From positions 65,262,187-65,326,186 of the forward strand of contig NC_068985.1 in the NCBI RefSeq assembly GCF_001194135.2: a stretch of DNA of 64,000 nt, given 5' to 3'. Shown here piece by piece: positions 12,560-25,521 of this stretch. A program made the translations under genes and the position numbers. The notes beneath the pieces are model-generated. The model saw only the letters and a list, made by a program, of their open reading frames with translations, did not search any database and was not told the origin of the DNA. The stretch comes from Octopus bimaculoides. Its lineage: Eukaryota. Within the stretch, counting starts at the first letter, position 1, and the number at the start of each line of letters is the position of its first letter.

Positions 12560-13110
12560 TGACTGGATGTGAGTGTGCATGCATGAGAGTGTGTAAATAT
12601 CTTAAGAGAAAAGCTGGGCATAAGAAGCATCAGATGTAGTGTACAAGAGAGATGACTGCTTTGGTACGGTCATGTGATGTATATGGATGTGGACAGTTGT
12701 GTGAAGAAGTACTAATCTCTACCAGTCGAAGGAAGCTGTAAAAGAGAGAGACCCAGGAAGAAATGGGATAAGGTGGTGAAGCATGATCTTCCAATATTGA
12801 GCCTCATGGAGGCAATGACTAGTGACTGAGTCCTTTGGCAATATGCCATGCTTGAGAAGACCAGTCAAGCCAATTGAAATAGTAGTTGTTGCAGATATTG
12901 GTGTCATGCAAACTGACACCTGTACTGGTGGCATGTAAAAGCACCCATTACACTCTCAGAGTGGTTGGCATTAGAAAGGGCATCCAGCTGTAGAAACCAA
13001 TGCCAAATCAGACTAGAGTCTAAAGCAGTGCCTCAGCTTACCAGCCCTGGTCAAGCCATCCAACCCATGCCAGCATGGACAACAGACGTTAAATGATGAT
13101 GATGATGTTG
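12560..13110 (+). mobile_element. RTE-clade LINE 3' remnant with (GAT)n tail
   Basis: Decayed LLWYGHVM...CVKK...VEG...RPRKKWDKVVKHDL coding stretch, the conserved 3' UTR core GGCATTAGAAAGGGCATCCAGCTGTAGAAACC, and the CCCATGCCAGCATGG...GTTAAATGATGATG end. Confidence 0.8.
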
Positions 13111-13134
13111 ATATATATATATATATATATATAT

Positions 13135-13420
13135 CATCATCATCATCATCATTATCATCATCATCATTTAACATTTGCCTTCCATGCTGATAGGAGCTTG
13201 CACTAGACTTCTGTGTCTGTTTTGACAAGGTTTTTACAGTTGGATGCCCTTCCTAACACCAACCACCCAACAGAGTGAACTGAGTGGTTTTTACATGGCA
13301 CAAACTTAGGCAATGTCAATTTTGGCATGGTTTTTACAGATGGATGCCCTTCCAAATGCCAACCACTTTACAGTGTAGACTGGATGCTTTTTACGTGGCC
13401 TCAGCACCATTAGGATCACC
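13135..13420 (-). mobile_element. Same RTE-type/SINE 3' tail in opposite orientation (tail-to-tail across an (AT)n tract)
   Basis: (CAT)n followed by TTTAACATTTGCCTTCCATGCTG and two copies of the GGATGCCCTTCC core. Confidence 0.7.
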
Positions 13421-14009
13421 AAGTAACTTGCAAAACAAATATACTTTGAGAGAGGAGAGGGCATTGGAGGAGGTAACCTTGTGTCAGATGATGAAAGGTT
13501 ATAGTGAGACAGAGAGATGGAAACAGGTGTCTTGCTGCAGAGGAGGTACATGGTTACCCAGCCATTGACAGAGAGAGAGAGAGACTGAGTGATCAAAAAT
13601 GAGGACAGAAACAGGTGCGCTGCTGTAAAGGAGATACATGGCTACCCAACCTGAGAGAAAAGCAGGGGAAGGAGAAAGTGCAGGAGACAGCAAGAGTACA
13701 AGAGAGAGCAGGAGATAGATGGTGGCAAAGTGCCAGGCATACTCACAAGGGACAAGGGTCAGAATATAAATGAGATGGTTGAATAAAAGAAGGAAGAGAT
13801 AGATGGTGGCAAGTGCCAGGGCATACCCTTGAGGCATTGCCAAAAAAGTGTGAGCAGAGAGTGGGATAGGGGAATACAGTGAGTGGTAGGCCACCAGATA
13901 GCAATGATATAGAGAACGGGGCCAAGAGGACAGGATTCAGGAGTGAGAGATAAGCATAGTACATGAAAGAGATGTGTATACTAACAAATATGGTACCAAA
14001 AAATCAATA

Positions 14010-15246
14010 TCTATAAAACACAAGATGTTTGTGTGTGTGTGTACGTGATGTGGGTTATGCACGTCCACAAATTAGCATGCATGTCGCTCCAATTTTAGGA
14101 GGACATTGTTCATGACCCTATCTTTGTTTTTGTCAACTTTTTCTCACAGAGGCACCCGCGTATAGCTGTAAAAATCGATAAACTTTTACCAATTTTGAAG
14201 TTTGTTGACATGGCGAAGTCAAATCTGTGCGTACACGCGTGAAGGAGAGAGAGCAAGAGAGAGAGAAAGAAAGAAAGAGAGAGAGAAAGAAAGAAAGAGA
14301 GAAAGAAAGAGAGAAAGAAAGAAATAGTGTGCTTGTGACAAGGGGAGAAACAGAGTGTTTGCCAAGGGTCTACAAAAAAAAAATGAAAAAGTTGAAGAGG
14401 GAGACAAAGCGGCTATGGAAAAAAAAATTTCTCTCACCNNNNNNNNNNNNNNNNNNNNNNNNNNNNNNNNNNNNNNNNNNNNNNNNNNNNNNNNNNNNNN
14501 NNNNNNNNNNNNNNNNNNNNNNNNNNNNNNNNNNNNNNNNNNNNNNNNNNNNNNNNNNNNNNNNNNNNNNNNNNNNNNNNNNNNNNNNNNNNNNNNNNNN
14601 NNNNNNNNNNNNNNNNNNNNNNNNNNNNNNNNNNNNNNNNNNNNNNNNNNNNNNNNNNNNNNNNNNNNNNNNNNNNNNNNNNNNNNNNNNNNNNNNNNNN
14701 NNNNNNNNNNNNNNNNNNNNNNNNNNNNNNNNNNNNNNNNNNNNNNNNNNNNNNNNNNNNNNNNNNNNNNNNNNNNNNNNNNNNNNNNNNNNNNNNNNNN
14801 NNNNNNNNNNNNNNNNNNNNNNNNNNNNNNNNNNNNNNNNNNNNNNNNNNNNNNNNNNNNNNNNNNNNNNNNNNNNNNNNNNNNNNGGGTTAGGGTTAGA
14901 GTTAACATAGAAGGGACAGGCTCCTTATTTTTTGGTTAAGGTTGTTGGTAAGCTTTCCTAAGTTACTCCAATCCAGATCCCCAATGCAAACCTTCAGATC
15001 AACCTTCTCCTATGCAGATCTCTAATGCAACATTTAAAAAAAGAGTCAATAAGTGAAAATAACCAATAAACTGATTCCTTATGGGATTTCCCAATCAAAT
15101 TGCCAGCAAACCATTTTCAGCCAAACCAATTTCAACGGATTTCGCTCAAATCTGATGTCGATGTTACTTATTTTGGTTTGAAATAAAGGATTTAATCATT
15201 TAATAATCCTAGCTTAATCCCGGGCAGCACCGGGTTATACTGCTAG
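14010..15246 (+). mobile_element. Non-autonomous Helitron
   Basis: 5' A|TCTATAAAACAC...(GT)n start and 3' GC-rich hairpin CCCGGGCAGCACCGGG followed by CTAG|T at 15243-15247 (insertion between A and T). Internal GA-rich tract, a gap, and a short TTAGGG run at 14886-14905. Confidence 0.7.
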
Positions 15247-15637
15247 TTGTTAATAAAAAAGACAAATATAGAGATGTGTGTGTGTGTCTTTATATATGTG
15301 TTTATATTGCCAATGCTTAAAAATTAGTGTTCTTTGGTTTATATCCAATAACTTGGTGATTCAACAAATAACCAATATGGTTGCAGTCCCATGATTAAAA
15401 CAAGTATAAAAGTAAAAATAATGATAGAAACATGGTGTTTATTTGACATTTGCTAAATGCAGGTTAATAGGAACCAATAACAGAGCTCAGAGAGAAGGAA
15501 GGGGGGAGATATGCATGTATAGCTAAAAGTTAGTATTAATTATTAGCTTAGTACTTATTTGAATTCCTTCAGCCCTCAATGAGAGATGGATGAGAGGGAG
15601 AGATGAAAAGAATTTTATACATGAACACTTATCTTAC

Positions 15638-15688
15638 CTGAACCCTAACAGTTGAGAGTGATGAAATTTAGTGATATGTGCATCACAG
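15638..15688 (-). CDS. Candidate orphan 51-nt symmetric (phase 2/2) internal exon, peptide CDAHITKFHHSQLLGF
   Basis: Minus-strand ...CCTTTAG acceptor and CAG|GTAAGA donor; one open frame. No protein family recognised and no partner exons identified. Confidence 0.25.
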
Positions 15689-15819
15689 CTAAAGGTTTGT
15701 AGGCAGACACTAATAAATTAGATTCTAATAAATATACTAAATCTAATTTGAGCAGGTATTTTGAACACAGTTGCTGTTTTAAGTGACTTACATTAGAGAA
15801 AAACTCTTCTGGTTTAGTA

Positions 15820-17090
15820 CAAGGAGTGTTCATTAAAGATCTCCCTTGACCCACTTCCAGTTTTGTAGGAAATGGAACTTGTACAGGTATAATCATACAT
15901 GTCGCTACATGTCACATTGTAAATTGCAGCTGGTATTCATTTGTCTTTTACAACTGCTGAAGTGGACTAAAGTGTTATAATGGAGGTAGTTGAATGATCA
16001 AGTTCTTATACTTGAAAGGTTACACACCAAAAGAGACTTTCAATGAGATGAAAGAAGTTTATGATGATGATGCACCATCAGATGACATAGTCAAGCACTG
16101 GCATTGCCAGTTCAAATGTGGTCTGACATTGGTAGAAACTGCTCCTATTTCTGGATGACCAGATTCCACCATTGATGACGACACCATCCATAAAGTGGAA
16201 GCTGCCACTTTGGAGGATTGTTGCACAACTACTTGGCAACTAACCCAAGAAGTGAGGATAAGTGTATGGTTCATGGAAAAAAATCATTTACAATCATTTG
16301 CACATGCTACAGAAGTTGTCTGCACGATAGATTCCCTGGATGCTCACACCTTTTCAGAAGCAGGAACAAGTCAATTGTTCCCAGGCTCTTTTGGTAATGT
16401 GCCTAGAAAATGAGGACTTTTTCGGCAGACTTATCACACAGGATGAAACATGGGTCCATCACTATGATCCTGAAACTAAAGTCCAGTTGAAGCGATGGAA
16501 ACATAACTCACCACCTCCAAACAAAGCTCATGTCCAACCCTCAGCAGGCAAGGTGATGCACACAGTCTTTTGGGACCAGTGCAGCGTAGTGATAGTGGAT
16601 TTTCTGGTAAAGGACACCACAGTTAACAGGGCATATTATGCTTCTCTGCTGCAGAAATTGCAGGATGCTATCAAAGCAAAGAGGCGAGGCATGCTGACCA
16701 AAGAAGTCCTCTTCCTCCAAGACAACAACCCAGTTCACAATGGGTATGTTGTCCAGATGAAAGCACACTCCTGTGGCTATGAAATCTTTCCTCATCCCCC
16801 TTACTCTCCTGATCTCGCACTATCTGACTTCCACTTCTTTCCAACCATGAAGTCTTTTTTGAAGGGGAAGCACTTTTCGGATGATGATGAATTTATTACT
16901 GATGTAAAGTCTCGGTTCCAGATACAACCTGCTGACTTCTACAGACGTGGTCTTCACAGTTGCGTAAAGCAATGAGAGTGTGTCAGTATTGGTGGTGGCT
17001 ATGTAGAGAAGGACTAATAATTATGCCAAGTCTCATTTATCCCAGTCCTTAGGAAGTGGGTCAGGGGAAGTCTTTAAAGAACACTCTTCG
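15820..17090 (+). mobile_element. Full-length (~1.27 kb) mariner (DD34D) transposon, disrupted transposase
   Basis: TA TSDs at 15818-15819 and 17091-17092. TIRs CAAGGAGTGTTCATTAAAGATCTCCCTTGACCCACTTCC and (reverse complement) CGAAGAGTGTTCTTTAAAGACTTCCCCTGACCCACTTCC. ORF 16340-16975 has ITQDETWVHHYDPETK, FLQDNNPVH and HPPYSPDLALSDFHFF. Confidence 0.95.
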
Positions 17091-20039
17091 TAATAACACT
17101 GAAACTGATAACTTTGATAAAAAATAATTATAGAAAATTTTATTTTTAAGCATCTAAGCTTTGTTCTTGGATTTATTTGGTGTAAGTAATTTTATTTTTA
17201 TAATACAATGAAGGTAAAGTGTGATGTGCCTGAATTTTACCTGGTCTTAGTCTACATGGGTTGATAAAAATAATTAAATCATAAATAGAAGAAAGATTGT
17301 TTTAATTTTGATTTGAGAAATCTGTATTTGTTGAATAACATACTTCTTTGTTTCTTTTGACAAATAATAACTAGTTTTCTGATAAATATTTCAAAATTCT
17401 TTATGATTATACCTTATACACTATTTGTTTGCAAATTTTAGCAGGTCATAAACATGACATTATGTAATAATGATATACCCAAAGTGTTAACTTTCTTACT
17501 TCTCTTTCCGATATGGCTGTGACAGATTCCAGTTTGACACAGAAAATGAAAAGCATGCTTAAACCACCAATCAATCATTGCCAACATCTTCAATATGACT
17601 GTGTCCTTTGTGTTCAGTATCAGGAAATAGCTACTGAGGAACTGTCATTTGTGGCCAAAGGAAAAAATATTTTCAGTGGTCAAATGTTATTAGGATAGCT
17701 GAGTTCACCCAGCAGGTCCAGAACGTTAACAATGCCAGTCTTAGGGTGCTGCACAAAGACATCAGATTCAATTTTTTGAAGACTAGCAAAACCCAGGAGG
17801 GGTGTGGTGGGTTGCATGTGTAGGGTCCACTTAGCATGCAGTTATTTTAGTGGCTGCATCATATTTTAGTTATTTTAGTGATGGCATATTTTGGGGTCAA
17901 GATTGGGCTGAGGGTGATTTGTTGAACGATTTGTTTCTCTGGTGTATCCAACTAAATGGATCTGCCATTTTTGCAAGGGGAATATGTTGTTTTTCTCTTT
18001 GGTGTCTTTCTTTTTCCTTGTGTTTATGCCCCTTAAACAAGTCTGACTTAGACAAAACACTGCTCATCTAGTATGAGATATAGAATAGGTGATATATTAT
18101 GAGTTATATTTATACTCGTAATGTTATATATGTATTCTTGTTTGAGCATGTGGCTAACTTCAAGTTCACACGATTGAAAAGACCCAATAAGGCCAAAATG
18201 CATCTGATATTCTGACCAGATTGCCAAATGCACTTGTCCTAATAGTGGCTGGCAAGAATGCTCTCTAAGTAACAGGCCAGCTTTCTGTCACTTATTTTAT
18301 CTATTTAATTTACTATTGTATCTTTAGCTTACATTTATTTACATTTATCTCATCTTATACCCTTACAAACTAGCAATTCCATACACACAATATATGCATT
18401 CATTTCTATCCTTCCAACACTAATCAATGTCCAGTCTACTCAATTCCATCTGCTATATTTCATTTCGTTGGTTACCCACTACCAAAATCCATTTACTACT
18501 CAAGATATACTATGTTGCTTCAGCTGTACTTTCTGACAACTACTGAAGTTTCTCTCTAAATTACATTATGATATAAGAAATATTACATTATTTATGCTCA
18601 CATGAATGTCATATATTTTTTCCATAACAGTATTTTCTATTTGATATTTTATGACAACCATTGATTAATACACCCCATTTGCAGCTTAGAGATTAATTGC
18701 CAGTATAGTTCATAGGGGTTACTGAAAAATCATACTGGCCAGAGAACATAATAAATGATGAAGAGACTGAAAAAAACTAACCAGGTTGTAAAAAATTGAA
18801 ATGTTTTAACTATTTTTTATAATCCTTTATTTTTATTTTGCTATTTTTATTTTATTTTATTTCTCTTGACACATTTCATCCACTCTTTGGTAAAAGTCAT
18901 CTTCAATTCCTTCATATTTCTACTTTAGGTTTTTTTTTATTTATTTAACTGCAACTATCACTCAAGTAAGATTAGTTTTTCTTTTCTGTTAACACTATGA
19001 AGACAACTCGAAGACAACCATGGCTCTTTTACTGATATTGTTGCTGGTGGTTTTATTGCAATATTACTTATATGTTTGTGTTTGCATCTCCCGGAATCTG
19101 ATAATGTGATTGGTGTGAAGTAATGTACATTGTATACCCAGAGTATTCAGTAAAATCTAACAGCAATTAAACATATTCCACCCAGTGAAGTGCCCACATA
19201 CAACTGATGCTGAAAAATATTCAACTATGTAGTAATTATAAAGAATGACCTTTTATAATGATAAAAAAAACTTAGCAACTTAAAGCTGATGTATGATGCA
19301 GAAACAAATGTTGTGACCTACTATTAAAGTGTGACATCCTCCATCCTTATGTTATATTGTTTTTGTATTATTCTTATGCAAAGAGGAGTGTCACATGTGT
19401 ATCCAGTCCAGGAATATAGCCTACTGTAAGATAACATGTGAGAGCCAAATAACAACATAAGGGCTCTGAATGCACACTACAAGGTTTCTACCCAAATTAT
19501 ATTGTTGCTGGTGGTATTATTGCAATATGTATGTGTGTGTGAATGTCTGCAGTATATACGCATATAATTCATATGTAATTTCACCCTAGTTTGGAATCAA
19601 GTATTCTCTCCCCCACCCCCTCTCTCTCTCTCAGCTGTGTACATGTGTACATTTAATGAAATTCTCAGACAGAATCAGTATGACACAGTGTGAAAAGGCT
19701 GGACTTCAAATTACAGGTCAATCCATTTGATAGAGTTCTACACAGTTTCCAGCTACCCAATTTTACACTGTAGGGCTGGGTCAATCCAATTTATATTGCT
19801 TACAAAAATGGTCAACTTTATTATACAAAGTTCATTCTGAAATGTATAAAAAAATTGTGAAGTAATCTGAACAAAGAACTCAGAAATCTCTTAGTATATA
19901 CAGAAATTTGGTTGCTAGGTAGGAAAAGAGTCCTAAATTGAGTGTTTGAGTCATAAGCTAAATTACAGGAATACTTTCAAGAAAACAACAATAAGCTGAA
20001 AATGAAAATGATTTCAGAAATTAGCTGAAAAACAAATCA

Positions 20040-20350
20040 GCTGAACAATTCAAATAAAGGCCATGGAGAAAATGTATTGACTTCAAATGACAAAATTCTT
20101 AGATTTAAAAGACGGTTCATTCTTTGGAAAAATCATGCTGCAAAAGGAAATTTTGAAATGTTTCAACTACTGCTAAGGCTTAGGACTGAAGAAGAATACC
20201 AGCTACTGCAAGTCTTATTGAAACCTACCTGGAAGAACTTGTGATCAACATTAAACATTATTATCTCTCCATTCTCTCTCATCTAAAGTGTATAAAACAA
20301 GGGGTCCATACTTTGTCTTTTCTACTCAGACTGAGAACTTGACTTTAAGG
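20040..20350 (+). mobile_element. hAT (Buster/ZBED5-like) transposase C-terminal remnant
   Basis: Decayed translation GHGENVLTSNDKILRFKRRFILWKNHAAKGNFEMFQLL...LIETYLEEL resembles the LQG...DKI..F...LW......FDMF region of Buster-type transposases. Confidence 0.6.
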
Positions 20351-21240
20351 GAAGAGGAAGAATTAAAAACACACACACAATGACATTTTCTTGACTTACC
20401 ATTAAAAAAAAAGAGTAACCGGATTCTTTTTTTTTTTTTTTTAGCAAATATCAAGACCAAAAATAGAAATCATCTCCTCTAATTTGAAGATGTAATCTCT
20501 GTGTGCTAATCTCTGTGTTTGACACCGAATTAAGTATTTGGTTACCAAAAGACAAACGCAGGTTTCTCATTGGAGAAGCAAATTTCTTTATTTACATTGC
20601 CTTTAAAAATTATATTTGCCTGTTATGTATGACATACTGTCTTGATTTATCATATGCATTTTTTACCATTATGTTCAAAGTTATTTTAATAGTTATTAAC
20701 TGATCTCATATTTTTGCATATATTACATAGAATGTTGGTTATTTATGTTTATCTTTTTTGAGGTCTCTTGAACAACAATTTGATTTCTGTTATTTCTTTA
20801 CCTTTTGAAATTTTACTTTATGAAAGAGAAAGAAAAAGAGAAATAAAGATAAAAAATTTTATGTAGAAATTCCAGGTGTGGAAGCAAAACTAGGAAAGGT
20901 GTAGGCAGAAACTCCATACAGTGTACCCAGTATAAGCTATGGGCACACCATCAGAGGAGATAGTTTTCGTACGTGGAAGATGCAAAAGATCCATAAAAAC
21001 TTTAGAAACTCAGGAAATTGATTTACTCAATTCCCTGTGGTTCATTAGAGGCAGTAGATAATTTCTGCTACCTAAGGGACCAAACTAAGTAGTGGGGGGC
21101 GGATTCACAGAGAGTGTGATAGCTAGAATAAGAATAGGATGGAGGAAATTCAATGAGCTGTTAGCTTTGTTGACCATGAAAGATTGCTCTCTCTGAGTGA
21201 AAGGAAGATTGTATGGTGCATGTATATGGACAGCAATTCT

Positions 21241-21584
21241 GGTCAAATTAAAGCGTTTGACCCGGTGACAAAAATTTAAAAAATTAGTCTAATAGGTGTA
21301 AAACAACTTGCTGGGAACGAATACGAAGAAAAAAATGTGCGTGAATGTTCCGAGACGCCTCACAGGAGCCAAGAAACAAAAGTAAAATAGTGTAATAGAT
21401 GTAAAACGACTTGTTGTGAACGAATATGAAAAAAAAATGTGCGCTTGCGATCAGTGGGGTAGGGAGAGGACTCGGAACATTCACATCATCACACATCGTC
21501 AGTCCATGGTCTCTAAACTATAGTGTTTGACCCGAGCTCAAAGACAAAAAATAATTAGTGTAATAGGTGTAAAACAACTTGCTG

Positions 21585-21590
<6 letters not shown>
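21241..21590 (-). mobile_element. Non-autonomous element with subterminal inverted repeats and internal ~120-bp subrepeats (Helentron/HINE-like candidate)
   Basis: Terminal hairpin GGTCAAATTAAAGCGTTTGACC, a second GTTTGACC near 21530, and an adjacent microsatellite. Homologous inverted copies lie at 25520-26152. Confidence 0.45.
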
Positions 21591-21639
<49 letters not shown>

Positions 21640-21740
21640 ATTTCTTAATTAATATCAATTTAATACCATGGAACTAACACATTGAAAGAATCGCGATTCA
21701 GAAAAATTATCTGAGATCTCAAAGGATTATTGTATATGTT

Positions 21741-21841
21741 TATATATAAAGGAGATCACTAGGTGGACAGCTAATGTGCTAGAAGAATGTGATCTTCTTC
21801 TAGCACATTAGCCGTCCACCTAGTGGTCTTCTTTATATATA
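21741..21841. repeat. Near-perfect palindrome (47-bp arms, 7-nt loop) flanked by (TA)n
   Basis: TATATATAAAGGAGATCACTAGGTGGACAGCTAATGTGCTAGAAGAA-tgtgatc-TTCTTCTAGCACATTAGCCGTCCACCTAGTGGTCTTCTTTATATATA; 3 non-Watson-Crick positions. Confidence 0.95.
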
Positions 21842-21859
21842 CATATATGTATGTATGTA

Positions 21860-24800
21860 AATAATAATAATAAATGGAGCAAAACGCATATAATCAATAA
21901 GTTCCTTTAATTCCTACACATGTTTCAAAATTATATGCACTCTACTCCAAAGGAGTAAGAGATGTTGGTTTATACATATGATTTTATCATCAGGGAACCA
22001 TTTTACAAATGCAAGACTTGTGCTGAATGCTAAGATTATGTACAAGGAATAACATTATATAGCTAAATTAAATGACCGTTAGTTACAAAAATGCTAGTTT
22101 ACAGGGAGCTGTTTTGGGAGAGAGGCTATGAACGCTATACTAAGAGTTTAAATTAAAAGAAGACATAATGAACTGCAGAAAATTCTTAAAATTAATAATA
22201 ATGGTTATAAAAAAATTTTTTGTAAGTAGAAGGAGAAAGGGAGAGAATCCAATAGATTTGTGTAAAGAGTGAATTTTCATATTCGTAAATAAACGTTTAG
22301 AAGGAAGGAAATCAAAGATGGATAGTAAATATAGGTAACCAATTAATGTTGTATCATATTAAGTTATGGTAATTAACCTAAATAAATGGCAATACAAGGT
22401 ACAAAACTATAAAGTAATGAAATAATAAAAGAATACATAATGTAGGTAAATGTATATGCAAAAATACCTATTTGATGTAATATTGTAAATCATGATAAAC
22501 TAACGTATTATATCCCGCCAGAGAAAAACGTGCTTCTTATATATTACTATATAGCATAGAGGTATATTAATGAAAAACGGGAGTGAATATTGGACATAGC
22601 ATAGAAGAAAGTACGATTAGAAAGATATCTTAGAATATTCTAATAGATAAGGAAAGAAGTGAAATAAAGCTTGATTCGAGAAAGTTGAACGAAGGGGAAT
22701 AGGCATGAAATTTATTTTGCAAAATTACTTACAATAGCAAGAACTTTAGTATATACATAAAGATATGTGTGAACTATATAAATATGACTATATCTGGAGT
22801 AAAAGAAAAACTGTGCAAACTTGAGAAGTAAAGAGAGTAGAGATTAACTTACAATGGGGGATAACCATTGATATTGTATCATATTAAGATACAGTAACTA
22901 ATCCAAATAAATGGCAATACTTGATGCAATATCGTAAATTAATAAAAGAATACGCATGCAATGAATACATATTTAAAATTATGTTGGAATACTTGTCTAA
23001 CTAAAACATTATATCCCGTCGGGAAAAAACGTGCTACATTGCATATTACTTTGTAGCATTGCTACATTGCATATTACTGTGCTAATAGAAGTAGAGGTAA
23101 AAGTAGGATAGAATATTGAGATAAAGTACAAGTATCGATATATCTTAACAAAAAATATACTTATAGATAAAGAAATAAATGAATTAAATGTGGATTTAGG
23201 AGGATTTGGGGGAGATGAACGAAGGGTTGTTAGCATGAAATTTACTTTATAAACTTACTTACGATAACAAAATCGATAGTATATACGTAAATATACTTAA
23301 AACTCTATGAATATAACTTTACGGTGGTAAAACTAGCTTTACTAACTTGAGAAGGAGAGAGAGTGGGATCAACTGGTGTTGGAGTTAGATATAATTGTTA
23401 CTTTAGATAATATTATAATGTTATTGTTCTTATTATTATTATTATAAATATAAAAAATAAATTTATCATTATTACTATTATTGTTAATATTATTAATATT
23501 ATTAAGGAGATGGATATGTTATAATAATATTTTCATTACTATTAAAAAATAAATAAATAAATAAATGAATGAATAAACAATTTAAAAAATAAAATAATAG
23601 AAAAAAACCTATGTGTATAGGTAGTGGGAGCAGTATCATTGAAAAATTAAAAGAAATATTGATGTCAATGAAAACTTGATATTAAAGTTATGGTCCAGTG
23701 TGAACGATTCAGAGACGCTGCATTAACATATCTGGTTACAAAGGTGGGAAACAAAAATTACAAAGTTATAATTAACTAAAATATATTTGAGTATGATTAT
23801 AAACCCACTGGATAAAAAAACTACAAAGAGAGTTGATAAGAATAATAATAATATTAAAAGGTCTATCAAGCAATAAGGAAAAGTTGTAGGGATGGACCAA
23901 ATGGGTAAATGGAGGTAACTAGATGAGATTTATTGTCTAAAGTTTAATAAAAATAAATACAAAAAGGGGTGATAGTTCATACCACATGTAAAGTGGCTGT
24001 TAACTAGTGAGTATGTAGGTAGGTGAAAAAAATAATAACTAAAATTAGTAAAAAGGATGAAATTAATGAAACGAGCTGAAGGTGTGTTTCCTCTAATACT
24101 GGCATCTGTATGCTCTCTGTGTTATCTGGTTCACTAAATTATTCTTGGAGAACAGAATGTGGAATAGCTTCAAGTTACAGAGAGGACAAAAATCTTTACC
24201 CTTTAAGTTTCCAGATAAACTTACTAAGACTATTATATTTATTACTATTATATTTAGTAATAAATTTATTTTGCAAAATTACTTACGATAGCAAGAACTT
24301 TAGTATATACATAAAGATATGTGTGAACTATATAAATATGACTATATCTGGAGTAAAAAAAACTGTGCAAACTTGAGAAGTAAAGAGAGTAGAGATTAAC
24401 TTACAATGGGGGATAACCATTGATATTGTATCATATTAAGATACAGTAACTAATCCAAATAAATGGCAATACTTGATGCAATATCGTAAATTAATAAAAG
24501 AATACGCATGCAATGAATACATATTTAAAATTATGTTGGAATACTTGTCTAACTAAAACGTTATATCCCGTCAGGAAAAACGTGCTACTTTGCATATTAC
24601 TTTGTAGCACAGAGGTATATTAATAGAAGTAGAGGTAAAAGTAGGATAGAATATTGAGATAAAGTACAAGTATCGATATATCTTTAAAAAAATGAATTAA
24701 ACGTGGATTTAGGAGGATTTGGGGGAGATGAACGAAGGGTTGTTAGCATGAAATTTACTTTATAAACTTACTTACGATAACAAAATCAATAGTATATATG

Positions 24801-25330
24801 TAAATATACTTAAAACTCTATGAATATAACTTTACGGTGGTAAAACTAGCTTTACTAACTTGAGAAGGAGAGAGAGTGGGATCAACTGGTGTTGGAGTTA
24901 GATATAATTGTTACTTCAGATAATATTATAATGTTATTATTGTTATTATTATTATTATAAATATAAAAAATAAATTTATTATTATTACTATTTATTAATA
25001 TTATTATTAAGGAGATACAAATCCATTGGATTCTCTCCCTTTCTCCTTCGACTTACAAGAAAAATGTTTATTACCATTATTATTAATTTTAAGAATTTTC
25101 TGCGGCTCATTATGTCTTCTTTTAATTTAAACTCTTAGTATAGCGTTCATAGCCTCTCTCCCAAAACAGCTCCCTGTAAACTAGCGTTCTTGTTACTAAC
25201 GGTCATTTAACTTAGCTATATAATGTTATTCCTTGTACGTAATCTTAGCATTCAGCACAAGTATTGCATTTGTAAAATGGTTCCCTGAACTTATTGATTA
25301 TATGTGTGTTGCTCCATTTATTATTATTCT
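21860..25330 (-). mobile_element. Penelope-like element remnant: GIY-YIG C-terminus plus long 3' pLTR, partial tandem copy and inverted 5' copy
   Basis: 24070-24200 minus encodes GKDFCPLCNLKLFHILFSKNNLVNQITQRAYRCQY*RKH (the CxLC..E/K..IL..N.R.E...C.H PLE tail motif). 22707-23480 is directly repeated at 24260-25015. 21993-22263 is inverted at 25017-25288. A CTGATGA motif lies on the minus strand near 21990. Confidence 0.7.
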
Positions 25331-25480
25331 TTATATCAACTAAAAATACATCACTTTAACATGGAATTTCTACCCCTTATAATATCCCAGTTTCTGTGAG
25401 ATTTTTGCTACCCTGTTAACTATTAACATATTTACAAGATAATATTAATATATACATAAATAAAAACATATGTATGTATG

Positions 25481-25519
<39 letters not shown>

Positions 25520-25521
<2 letters not shown>

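Noticed and set aside
17480-17830. GC-richer stretch with short ORFs on both strands and possible minus-strand splice signals
   Set aside because: No consistent frame or recognisable motif; probably an old TE fragment.
19000-19130. Hydrophobic mini-ORFs (MALLLILLLVVLL... and EDNHGSFTDIVAGGFIAILL, superficially PAP2-like)
   Set aside because: No acceptor/donor support, the catalytic His is absent, and a 30-bp piece recurs at ~19500, suggesting a repeat remnant.
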